A stretch of DNA of 64,000 nt, from contig NC_135256.1 of the NCBI RefSeq assembly GCF_964204865.1, positions 6,200,001-6,264,000 of the forward strand. Direction: 5' to 3'. The notes below the pieces were generated by a model that saw only the letters and a program-made list of their open reading frames with translations, did no database searches and was not told the origin of the DNA. The position numbers and the translations under genes are program-made. Source of the stretch: Styela clava (lineage: Eukaryota). This document shows, in pieces, positions 1 to 11,123 of the stretch (position 1 is its first letter; the number at the start of each line of letters is the position of its first letter).

Positions 1-240
1 TCTGTCTGTCTGTTAGATGCTCACGATATCTCACGAAGGCGTGGTTGAATCAGCTCCAAATTTTGCATGTGTATTCATCATATCTCGGACCAGAAGCCTA
101 TGAATTTTGGATGAATTATGTCGTATAATTAGCGAGTTCTTAATTAATTAGTGATTGGACACGCGGTGTCACTATAGAGTCATGAATCGAAACCGCAGTT
201 TCGATCGATAAGTCCTAGGTCCCCGACCGATATTCTTGCC
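1..240 (+). mobile_element. Helentron-associated/DINE-1-like non-autonomous element (5' part outside window)
   Basis: (GTCT)n microsatellite, core shared with 26138-26447 and 60188-60493, subterminal atcgataagt and 3' hairpin ggtccccgaccg. Confidence 0.65.
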
Positions 241-621
241 TAAATGTTATTGGGACCATACAACCATCCCTAATCCTAGTATTATGTAGTTTTGTATCGA
301 ATTCCAGGCAAACAGAAGCATTGTGTTATTCATTCATTGTGTTCATTATTTTCTAAAATGACATAAATAGAAATACTCGCACAGAATACATAGTTCTAAC
401 CTGTTGGACAGGCCTATTAGGATAGTCGAAACATTCGAATCACACACAGCACTTATCAAGATCAAACAAATATATGAGAATTTGCTCATGTCCCTTGCAA
501 AGTCTGTTATGCCTTCGAATCATAATATTTGATCATGGTATTTTTGATATGCACAACGTAGTACTACTCAAACTGTATCCTTTTCTGCCAACCAATATTT
601 TTGTTTTATATTACTTTCCAG

Positions 622-1734
622 CAATGCTTTCCTGACTGCGTTTGCGAAGATGCCTACAATAACACATACAGTTGTGTTCGGACATTAGATCCCGGTTCTC
701 CTGATAAAAATATTATGTATTGTGAGTTTGTTGACTCAGAGACATTCGTTGAAGTGTATAATTTAACCTCTGACCCCAATCAGTTAACGAATATAAAGGA
801 TACTTGCGATCCACAGGTTAGTTGCTCAAATTTCTTGTGTTAGGAATAAGTCTTGGAGACTAAGAAAATAACTACAGTATATTAAAATATCGCTGAATGT
901 TATAAGGGATGGAAAAGTGATTTTTATAGTCATCTTGTATTGCTTCCTAAAGATATCTAGCTTTATATTGATTCACTGATAATTGAGTTTGAGTACTCTG
1001 ATATATTAGAAATATTCTGTCTTGGGACATAACACAGGTTTTCCTTACTTGTTCCTGTCTTCCAAGGTGTTCTGGAATCACTTCTTCTTTAGGGGCTGCA
1101 GAATGTAAAATTCAAATTTTGTTCTCATTTTGACCTTTGCTATAGTTTTGAAAGTAACTGGGAATCACAGTATGATTAGGTTATCTGTCAGTTTAATGCA
1201 CTGTTATCTACCAGTTTTATTATTTACCTATATCTTCGTTTATAAGCCGAACCCCTAAAATGGAGAATTTATAAGAATTTGCATATAAGCCGACCCTACA
1301 AACAGCAACACGCGAGCGATCATGTGTATGACAACCAATCCCAGACTGGTATCTATGTCATAGTGTACCAAGCGCTGCTTCGTGTGTGTACATGTACGTT
1401 CTTATTGTGTGAACTTGATGAAGCATGATTCGAGTTGTAGCTGTTGGAATTAAGTTAGCATAATGTCTTCTTTGGGTGCGATCAGAGTTATGCGCTTATA
1501 AGCTATTAAACCATGTTTTGCTTTTAAGACCTCTGACATTTTTATTTGCAGCTTCTTGTTCGAATGAATACTCGTTTAATTGAGCTTGGTTTTTGCAACG
1601 GAGCATCTTGTCGCTCATCAGGTCGATATTCAAAGAATGAACCTGTTCATCTTACTAAGGAGGACATAAAACGAATCAAAGAAATAAGTTTTCATCATTC
1701 GAAAAAGAATGAAATAAACTTGGACTTTATATGA
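622..1734 (+). CDS. GNS: N-acetylglucosamine-6-sulfatase, last two coding exons (622-816, 1552-1734)
   Basis: [59 protein letters not shown] matches the GNS C-terminus. Phase-0 GT-AG intron. AATAAA at about 2442. Confidence 0.92.
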
Positions 1735-3289
1735 AACTTTCATTGCAATATATCTTACAACTTAATTTCTCATTTGTACTCCTTATGAAGCTCACATGCA
1801 AACTGTCGTGCTAATGGAAACTTCTATCATCAAAGTGTATGTTGAGTACCACACATTGAACTTGAATAATATATTCGCTAAGACTGCGATTTTTCAAACT
1901 ACTGATATACAATTCAAATATACACTCACTATTAGTGGATTGGATAACACACAGGGAAAAATTCGTTATGAATGCTCTTTCTCAAATATTGCAATACTGC
2001 TTTGCACTGTGATACCCTTCCAAGGGGAGAAATAATACTTTTGGAGCGCCTAGAAATTTGTCTCTGATCCGATTAATGTTCTAATGCTGGGTTGGATCAT
2101 GCCTTTTAGAGGCCACTTTGGTGCTCTATATATTCAAAATATAAACATAATAATTCATGCAAGATGCATCTATCAAAATGGAAAGAGGCAGCTTTGCGGT
2201 CGTGGGACTTAAATCAGAAATCTAAGGCACAATTGAACAATCGGCTATAAAAATTTCCCCTTTCCCTGATTCCATGACCTACTGTACTTCCCTATAGTCA
2301 TTGTCTTAAACGATTGTTGTTTGTATTTGTCGTCTTATATTTGTTGTGATAGCTTTGGTCTTTTATATTCTGCTACTTTGCAAGTTCATGCGGTTCCGTT
2401 TTCTTCCTGATGTTACTATGTGCAATCATTTTTTATTTGTGAATAAACTTAATTCTTCCGTCACATATTCATAATGAAACATTCTGGCTCGTCATTGTGA
2501 AATCTGCAATATTTCAGTATGTTCTTAAGTAACTGTATTCTGCCTAATTTTCCGTCAGAATTCATTAGAAATTCTTCATTTTCAGCTCGTATTATTATCA
2601 AGAAAATTGTACAGGCAAAAATTATTACTTGATTGCCTTTGCTGTCATTACATCAACTATTTGTTTAGGTTCTATTATACTGTTATTTTTGTTTTTTTAA
2701 TTGCTATTGCCCAAATTTTTTTGGTTAAGATACCGTTTTGTTCTGAATGCTAGGCAATAAGCAATTGTCCTATTATTTTAAAATCCCAAAAGAGGCCTTC
2801 AATCAAGTCCATGTATTTCATACAAGTATCCTTTACCCGGCATGGACTGGTAATCGGACGACAGACTCCAAAAGGTTCAGCTGCCTTATTGACTTTTCTC
2901 CCTTTAATTTGCATAAGGCTTGAGACAAACGTTTGTTGTATCTACAATTGGTTGCTCCATGAAAAAAAGTACATTTTTTTATTTGTTATTTACCTACAAA
3001 GTGTTGTTTTTGTGTTCTATGGATATTGTATTTCCAAACCAAATAAATTATTCACTTGATTCATTCTTGCTTGGTGGTTTGGACAAGTATCAGTTTAAAT
3101 TCGTTGGACACCGGCAGTTGACCTGAAGTTGACAAGACTAGGCTGATTCCAACTGTTTGGGTGCAAAGATTTGTCTAAGGCAAGCCTGGTGATTTTAATT
3201 AAACAAGAGTCTGCAAAACTCGTTTTCTGCAGTGAGTAGACTAATTGGAATAGTTTGATCCCCTCATAACTATGACCTGGTCTTGATTA

Positions 3290-3460
3290 TCAATCAATCA
3301 ATTTTATTCGGTCACTCTGATACAAACAAAACACAAAACAACAACAAAGGGACGAACAAAATACAGAGGACCTGGAGGACGGGCATAACTTAATAAAAAA
3401 GTTAAATACGTACAAGTACGTGCCCGTCCCCCAAAAACAGGCAAAACACAATAAATTATT
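3290..3460 (-). mobile_element. 3' end of a LINE/SINE-type retroelement
   Basis: Minus strand ends in AATAAA plus a (TTGA)n tail. Stem ggacgggca/tgcccgtcc. Near-identical copy at 40677-40850. Confidence 0.6.
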
Positions 3461-3696
3461 GCGCAAAGGGAGCGCGGAAATGGATCCTGGGGTAGGAAAG
3501 ATTATCTTTCTTTTAAAAATAGTTGGTTTGATCCAAAAGTCAAGGAGCAAACTTACCGTACTTGAAAATTCCAACTACCTTTCTCCCACTTGGCGTTGTT
3601 TTTCCTTTTTTTATTAATTACCAAGCGCCTACATACATAAGCTGAAATTGTGAGCTGGTAATTACCATAAGATCACAAGCCAATTCCTACAACGGA

Positions 3697-3955
3697 TAAG
3701 GGCAAAAAATAATTTAGAGATAACAGCGGGTTATTAATCTATTGTCAATGATGATTCCACCGATTACCTTAATTACTACTAATTGGTCTAATTAACGAAT
3801 AGGGTTAATTATTTAAAAAACATTTCTTGAGCTATACAAGTAAGGGCAAAATTTTCTTTAGAGATAACACCTTTTGCCAATGACGATTTCATTGATTACC
3901 TTAATTATTACTAATTGGTCTAATTAACGAATAGGCTTATTTATTTAAAGAAATA
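3697..3955. repeat. Diverged tandem duplication, about 140 bp period
   Basis: taagggcaaaa..tagagataaca..gattaccttaatta.tactaattggtctaattaacgaatagg occurs twice. Confidence 0.8.
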
Positions 3956-5294
3956 AATTTCTCTAACTACACTGCTGAGTTGGTAAATAATGTGAGATGA
4001 ATGTCAGATTCAACGCCAAATCGGTTTGAGGATTTTGATTTGATAAGCAACTCAACAAGCAGCACTTGCACAGATGCTAGAATAAGTTTGTTCAGTTGCT
4101 TGCTTTTTAAGTCAATCGGTGGAATAATCTTTGCTTTGCTTAATCTTTGCTTGCCTAAACTTTGCAATAAACGCATTGGTGTCACCTGCGTGCGCTGTTA
4201 TGTTACCTTTGATAACTTGACCGGGCCAAAGGTATCAATGATGTTACTGCCTGTTCACCTGGTCGTTTTGGAAGATCGAATAAATATAGTCCTATAGTGA
4301 GCAAAATCGCAACTATTCGGCACTTTGATCGCTTTCTCTACCTCCAGCATATCCTAAATGAAGCTGAAACAGCTATCTTTAGTTTTCTGCATCAGTAATA
4401 CCTGATTTCCAATGGAACGACAACTTTGAATCTTATTCACTCCAGGTTCTTCCATCATCAAGTCCATGCATCGGAAACAAATCACTGGCTAACTAATCCC
4501 ATACCCGACATGGACTGGTAACTGGACGAGAGGACGTGGTTCGCCATATGATAACGAGGTCTTATATCTTTCCTCTCCCACAGGATGAATATGCGAATTC
4601 CATGCTTATGAATCCCAAACCATGTCGATTACCGAAACAGACTCCAGATTTACCCCAAAAACAATCAAATGTACCTGTTGTTATATTTTCCGCATGCCAA
4701 GAAATGCTGATTAGACAATGTGATACAGCAAAAAAGATACATTGCTTTAAAATATAGCTGAACTAGCTTCCCAAAAATGCATCATTCCCTCATATTTAAA
4801 ACATACCACAAGCTATTCCAGTTTTTTGAGATAGTATTCCATTTTAATCTAACTTTGCTATCTAGACCTCGAGCAACGCATGTAACTAAACAATACAAAT
4901 TTCCTTTCTACACAGTTTATTGCACAAATATATACAATTTCTAGATCTTTTTAACAAATAGATAACAGAAATATGGCAAAACCAGATAGCAATGCAGCTA
5001 GAGTCACCACAAAACTCAAAACAGATTGCTATCAGATTTTACACAAACTTTAGAAAACAGTAAGAATCCTTACACCCAACTTATCTGCACCAAATATTCA
5101 CCCCAAAAAACAAACTCACAATCAATTAAACCGAATAATTGTAAGTCAATATGACTAAAACTCGATTAATTCTCATCTTTTCCTACATATTTATAGACAG
5201 GAAAAGATGAAATTGGTTAAACAGCGCCTTGTGAGATGGACATATTAACATTATGGATTTTAGACTTTAAAACTGATTAAAAAAAATTTGAACG

Positions 5295-5418
5295 ATTTTC
5301 GAGTTCTTTGAGACAATATTATATTATGTGTATATTTAGAAAATTTTCTGAGTTATTATATTTTCGAGTTCTTTGAGACAATATTATATTATGTGTATAT
5401 TTAGAAAATTTTCTGAGT
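5295..5418. repeat. Perfect 59-bp direct repeat (65-bp period) in the SELENOK 3'UTR
   Basis: attttcgagttctttgagacaatattatattatgtgtatatttagaaaattttctgagt at 5295-5353 and 5360-5418. Confidence 0.9.
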
Positions 5419-5484
5419 AAAGATTACAGAGTAGTTCAAACAAAAACAGAGCAGCAATACACAACTTTAGACTTTTTACAAATT

Positions 5485-5566
5485 GTTCGCACAGAGGTTG
5501 TCAACTACATTGGGCTCCGATTGGAGTTGAACAACGCAGCGTCATTATTTATGTTTGTGGTCTAAC
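5485..5566 (-). promoter_or_regulatory. SECIS element (type II) of SELENOK
   Basis: Minus strand reads AUGAC-GCUGCGUUG-UUC-AA-CUCC(AAUC)GGAG-CC-CAAUGUAGU-UGAC: AUGA/GA core (5545-5541 and 5503-5500), 9-bp helix II with G.U pairs, unpaired AA, apical ministem. Helix I (guu..caca/ugug..aac) is weaker. Confidence 0.88.
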
Positions 5567-5676
5567 ATAACTCCATGCTGAAATGCGGGGGCCAGGTGTA
5601 TGTAATCCATGTCAACCTGGCCCCAGGCCCACTGGGGTTGCTAACCACGAAGGGTTAACAACCTACCAGTGAGCAT

Positions 5677-8600
5677 TTACCTTCCTCATCCGCCTCCAGC
5701 CGCGGGTGGGGGACTGGGTGAACCAGCCCCGCCCCTAAATCCACCCATTCTTCTCCTTGGACCACCGGGTCCTCCTGGCCCACTGCAAAAAAAAAATTTC
5801 AGCATATAATAAAGGATAGGGTAGGATTTAACATTGGTAATAATGGTGGTAACTGAAAGACATTATGCCGTCTTGATCATGCACTAAACCGATGATATGC
5901 AGTCTGATGGACAGTTCAAATCCGTAACCAGTTGTATGACTTGTTTGGTGAAGGAAGCCATTAGTGACCGACAATCCTCTTACATATATCAAAATCGTCA
6001 ATTCGAAAAGTTAACATATTGATTGATAACAAACAGCCTGCTGATTTAGACAGGGACAGTGAAACTTCTCTGTGAATGGGGTTACATAAATTCTAGATTC
6101 TGGTTTTAAAATAGTTTGTTTGCAGCTTGCAGGCATATGACCTGATGAGCCTCAACCAGAATTACCATATACAGGTGGTAACAGACAGATGCCAGTAATG
6201 GTGAGGCATTTAGAGGAATATCTTGTACATAAGCGATAATCATTCAATGTTTTCTATCGCCATACGATAGCAGTATATTTTTGACAAAAATAGGCAGAGA
6301 AGCAGTAGATTTCAAGCATGCAACAGGTTCCTAATACCCGATTTAACCATACGACAACTTTATTTTTCAAAAGCCCATGTCCCCTGGATTCATAACATAA
6401 ATTCGAATGTACTAAATATCCCATAAAATTCTCTTATCGTGCTACATATGTGGGTGAGCAGTGAGCACCATTCCAAAAAAAAAAATAACACCCATGGAAA
6501 ATTCACCCATATTCTAAGTAAATATTCAAAATTGCGACTTATATAAAACACAGTCTAATAATAAAAAAACCTACCTTCCAGGCCTACTGGAATAACTTGA
6601 ATCCATTCCTCGTCCTTTGCTTGTTAAATCTGGTTGAATCATTGTCTGGAAACTGGTGAAACAAGAATAATTAATTTTTGGTGAGGGACTATTTGTTACC
6701 TGGGCAGCCAAACTAGAGTAAAGTTAAGTGGAAGGCATACAGATTCATGAAGGCTGGAAATGAAAGAAATTATCAAATTGAAAGCTCAAGTGATACCTTC
6801 AGAAAATATGTCTGAGTTTCGTTTCAAGCCTTGATTGGAGAGTTATTTCATAACTAGGGACGCCCAGGCAAGTTTATTTGAATAGCTTAATCTCAATCCA
6901 AAATTAATAATAACAGTCTTAAAAACATAGAGAAATCTTTCCATTTGCAGGGAAATCATTACCAGGTAAAAAGAGCATTACTGATTAATCTGACAAAACA
7001 TAAGAACCATCCTGATTATAGATTATTATGATTGACAGGCATGCAATATGATAGCATTTACATATTTATCTCAGGGGAGAGGAGAGCCGATAAGACGACC
7101 TAATCATATGGCAAACCACGGCCTCTCATCCAATTACCAGTCGATGTCGGGTATAGGATTAGTCAGCCATGTATTTGTTTTCGGAAGTATGAACTTGATG
7201 GTGGAGGAAGCCGTAACCGACCAGCGGTTACATGAACCACCTTACGACAACGAGGAGAAGAGTCTAGCAATCCTCTCGCACATAGCTATCCCAGCATGGG
7301 ATTCAAACATGCAAATCCACGCGAAGTAATCAGAAGTATGGTGGCGAGCGTATTCCTAGCACTTAGCACGATGCGCCACACCGCTGAGATGATCAATAAT
7401 AATTCTGATCAATGGTCAATAATGATTACATCGAAATATATTATAAAGGTTTTTTGAATTATTGAAGCAAAGGAACATTTGTAATGAGCTAGATTTGCAC
7501 CATGCATAATAAATATAATAAACTTACAATAAAACAACAACATTAACAAGACCCCAAAATAAATCATAGACAATGGAAACTCTCCATGGCGATTGTTGCG
7601 TCAATGATTGTCCTGGGAAAGAAAAGCCTCGTTTAATTCAAAATAAAAGTAAAATCACAATAGAGAAATGTTCGAAAATCACACTCCTTTTTCACCTTAC
7701 ATACGCATTTGAACATTGTATATTGCTATCAAAATCAGTTCAAATGCAGTGGCCAATGTTGTATACAAAAGCACTTCTGCAGGTCCACTCAATATTATTC
7801 ATAAGTCAGTACAAGAAATAGCATTCCGGTCCAGATTCAAATTGAAATATCGGTAATGCAAAATTTTGCAAATGTACTCATTTATAAGTATAAGTTTATT
7901 TTGACTCAATAAAAGATGAAAAATTAATTGATAAAAACAAAATAAATAAAACTGAGGCAAAATTTGTAAATAATCTGTAGCTTATATCTATAAGCATATG
8001 TGACATTTTTATATTATGGGAAAATTTATGTTGCAAATGAAACTGAAATGATAGTTGTGGATGTTCAGTTAGTTAACCAGTTACAAATTAATACAATTCA
8101 ATAAATATCCATCTAACAGGGTGTTTTGCATTTTTGATTGCGTACAGAAAATTTTTCGAATTGTTAGCAGATGAGCATTATTATTGTATGAGAAAGTGAA
8201 AAGTTTTGCATTTTAAGGAAAGGCTAGGCTTGTGTCAAATCAAAAATCACCAATTATGCACTTATTAAATTAGTAATAATCTTGACATGTTTTTACCAGA
8301 TGTTATTTAAAAACTGTTATTCACTGTATCGATCTATCACAAGTTATAAGTTTCATTAACTAAACTTGTAAGCACCATTTTTAATTTACTAACTTGATCT
8401 ATTCATGTCTTGGTTCATAAGTATAAGTTTATTTTTTGACTCCATAATCAGCATAGAATAATTAATAATCAGACAATAAGATAATTGATAAGAACAAAAT
8501 AAATAAAACTGATTACTAAATCGGGACGCAAACAGACCCTATTTGTTGCACATTATAGAAATGACTGTTATATACAATCACGGTTATAGGATTATGACTA

Positions 8601-9223
8601 GGCTATAAAAAAACAAAGGTGGACCGATCTAGAAACTGCGGCCATTTTGTAATTAACATACTGGTGCTGTCAAACTATATGCTACAGTACAACTGCTTTA
8701 CTGTACAAATATACAATAATTTGATGAAAACAAGATAATCAGAATCAAAGAAGAATTATATTTATTCTATTGTGACTTCAAATAAAAAAACATTCAACAT
8801 TAAAGTGTCTGTAATAAGTACGGTATTAAAATGACAGGTTCCTATTGCGAAAGAAGGATTGCTCTGCCATAGAGTCTACAACACCTTCTGATAAATGAAG
8901 AAAATAAAAGAAACAAATAAAAAAAGCAGAAACAGATAAATATTCTGATTCAGTTGTTTTCAAACTTTTTTGTGGGGTAGAATCACAATGAACATTCTGG
9001 GGGCACGAGGAACCCCTATAAAATTGATTATATGTATTTATTTCCCAGTATATAGCGTAATTATTATCATGGAATACGCCAAGTGAAAATTTGAAAAAAC
9101 AAATTCAGAAATTTAACGAGTCCGGACAAAACGGTTCATGGCCGTTCAGACTAAAAAATATTTATCTGCTCATTAAACTCATATTATATAGTAAAAAATC
9201 TTACCTCCTGCGACATAAGGCAT
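5677..9223 (-). CDS. SELENOK: Selenoprotein K, 95 aa, 4 coding exons (9223-9205, 7612-7528, 6652-6575, 5782-5677); UGA at 5688-5686 read as Sec
   Basis: Spliced: MPYVAGGQSLTQQSPWRVSIVYDLFWGLVNVVVLFFQTMIQPDLTSKGRGMDSSYSSRPGSGPGGPGGPRRRMGGFRGGAGSPSPPPAAGGG-U-GR*. QSPWR motif, single TM helix, G/P/R-rich tail and GGUGR end are SELENOK hallmarks. All introns GT-AG and in phase (288 nt total). SECIS downstream; AATAAA at about 4917-4922. Confidence 0.95.
7050..7385 (-). mobile_element. tRNA-derived SINE (same family as 10775-11123), in SELENOK intron 2
   Basis: Reverse complement aligns along the whole reference copy. Confidence 0.85.
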
Positions 9224-9343
9224 CCTGATTTTTTTCTAACTTGACCCACTACGAAGTATTAAATGTTTAGCTTCCCCTTTTTCGGTAGTTGCTTGACAAG
9301 AACCACCTCCACTCAAAGATACACACGTAAACAAATATCAGGA

Positions 9344-9353
9344 GTCACGTGAC
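9344..9353. promoter_or_regulatory. Palindromic E-box/CLEAR-type motif GTCACGTGAC upstream of SELENOK
   Basis: Perfect 10-bp palindrome about 120 bp upstream of the ATG; second half-site aacgtgac at about 9363. Confidence 0.5.
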
Positions 9354-9428
9354 AACACTGAAAACGTGACTGGGCATAAATATTTTGCCCGATTTCAATT
9401 TTTTTCGACAGGGAGGAGGGCCCATAAT

Positions 9429-10050
9429 TAGGGTTACCATATTTTTTTACTTTAAAGCGGGACGCCTCCGGTATCTTTACAGTTTCCGATTTTATTACCT
9501 AGGCTTACATTTAAGCCACCCCGGCTGTCTTCATTGACCATATTGTCATCGAGAGTTCATGCGCATATTCTCTGTCTAAATATCGAGTTAAGTTCGAAAA
9601 ATAGGAAGGAATAGACGCTAACGATACAAATGATCCGAATTCAGATTTTTTATGTACAGCAACAGGAATAAAGAATAATGAAATAGTCTGCCGTTTTCAA
9701 GTTTTGAGAATTTACGTATTCGCCCAAGCATGATTTTTTTCTGTAGATAACGCCTTTAAAAAACGTTGTTCAATGTTACATGAACAGGACCAATTAGAAT
9801 TGATTTTACATGTGATGCGTTCGCTAACAATGTTAGCGGGAAACAAGGAAACAAACAAAATAACGCATTCACCTTCAGTAAGTACGCTAGCGTTGCGCTA
9901 CACAGCAACAACAGTAACGAGAACATGTTCGTGTATTATGCTGGATGGCTGAACGCAAAATCGGGAAATTTGGCTGACTTGTCGGGACGGCGGGACAAGA
10001 CGCTAAAAAGCGGGACTGTTCCGCCTAAAGCGGGACGTATGGTAATAATA
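9429..10050. mobile_element. Non-autonomous hAT-like DNA transposon (degenerate)
   Basis: Termini tagggttaccata and tatggtaa.., with subterminal cgggac repeats at both ends. TSD not recognisable. Confidence 0.5.
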
Positions 10051-10144
10051 TAGATAAAACCCAGAATAATAATCTGCCCCGACTTTTCGTCCATTGTGGG
10101 CCGCATGTTCTTATCGATCCCACGACGAAATTTGCTTTGATTGT

Positions 10145-10514
10145 TACCGTGTTTCCCCAAAAATATGACCTACCTGAAAATAAGACTTAGCCTGAATATT
10201 AGGAATTATTTTAATATACTGTAAGCCCTCACCTTAAAATAAGACCTATAGTCCGTAGCAAGAAATCTCTCCTACACGTTTATTAATCTATGTTTTGCAG
10301 ATATTTTGAATAAAAACGTGTTATTCATAAGTAAATGGATATCGGTTTTTATATTTTGCATACCAGTATTTGAAAATATCGTAATTCTTTACTTTGTATT
10401 TTTGTTTTTGATAATTTAAAATAGAAGACATCCCCGAACATAAGCCCTAGTGTTATTTTGAGGAAGAAATTTGAAATTCAATAAGACAATGTCCTAATTT
10501 CGGGAAACACGGTC
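10145..10514. mobile_element. Tc1/mariner (pogo/Tigger)-like MITE
   Basis: TIRs taccgtgtttcccc and gggaaacacggt; internal aaataag(a/c)cc repeats. Confidence 0.65.
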
Positions 10515-10774
10515 GTCTGCACATAAAAAATAAAGCTCGCTTTGGTCGGCATACGTCACGCTAGCCACAAAATTATTTAATCCGTCTGATTGCTCCAGAA
10601 CTCAAACACAGGCTTTACGGTACTGAAACTTATGGCGGCGTATAGTTACCAGTTTTCTTAGCGGATAAGCTTATCAATCAGTCATTTATTCGTCAACTCC
10701 AATGCAAACTTGAGCACCGTGGTTATCATTACTGTACTAGGTTTTTGAGCAGAGATCTATCGACAGAATATTGC

Positions 10775-11123
10775 TGTCGGCGCGGCGGTGTGGCTCAACG
10801 GGCTAAGCGTTAGGAATACGCTCGCCACCGCACCTCTAATTACTCTGCGTGGGTTCGCAGGTTCGAATCCCATGCAGGGATGGTTATGTGCGAGAGGATT
10901 GCTGGACTCCTCGCCGTCGTTGGGTGGTTCACGTAACCGCTGGACGGTTACGGCTTCCTCCACCACCAAGTCCATGCTTCCGAAGACAAATAATACAGTA
11001 AAACTAATCCCATACCAGACTTGGAATGGTAACCGGACGAGAGGCCGTGGTTCGCCGTATGGATAAGCCGTCTTATCGGCTTTCCTCTCCCCCGGGATAA
11101 ATATGTAAATCCTATCCTATCCT
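10775..11123 (+). mobile_element. Full-length tRNA-derived SINE (reference copy)
   Basis: A box TGGCTCAACGGG (10791), B box GGTTCGAATCC (10860), (TCCTA)n tail, TSD atattgc (10768-74 and 11124-30). Related copies near 4450, 5820, 14060, 22170, 24590, 26000, 42690, 52260, 53220 and 57980. Confidence 0.9.

Noticed and set aside
10779-10880. tRNA gene (including tRNA-Sec, given the nearby selenoprotein)
   Set aside because: A and B boxes are present but there is no cloverleaf or acceptor stem, and the sequence continues into a SINE body and tail.
10757-11066. Recurrent ORFs such as MANHGLSS.. and MDLVVEEAVT.. (also 7048, 14193, 24442, 42669) as a small gene family
   Set aside because: All are chance frames of the same SINE, with inconsistent strands and stops between copies.
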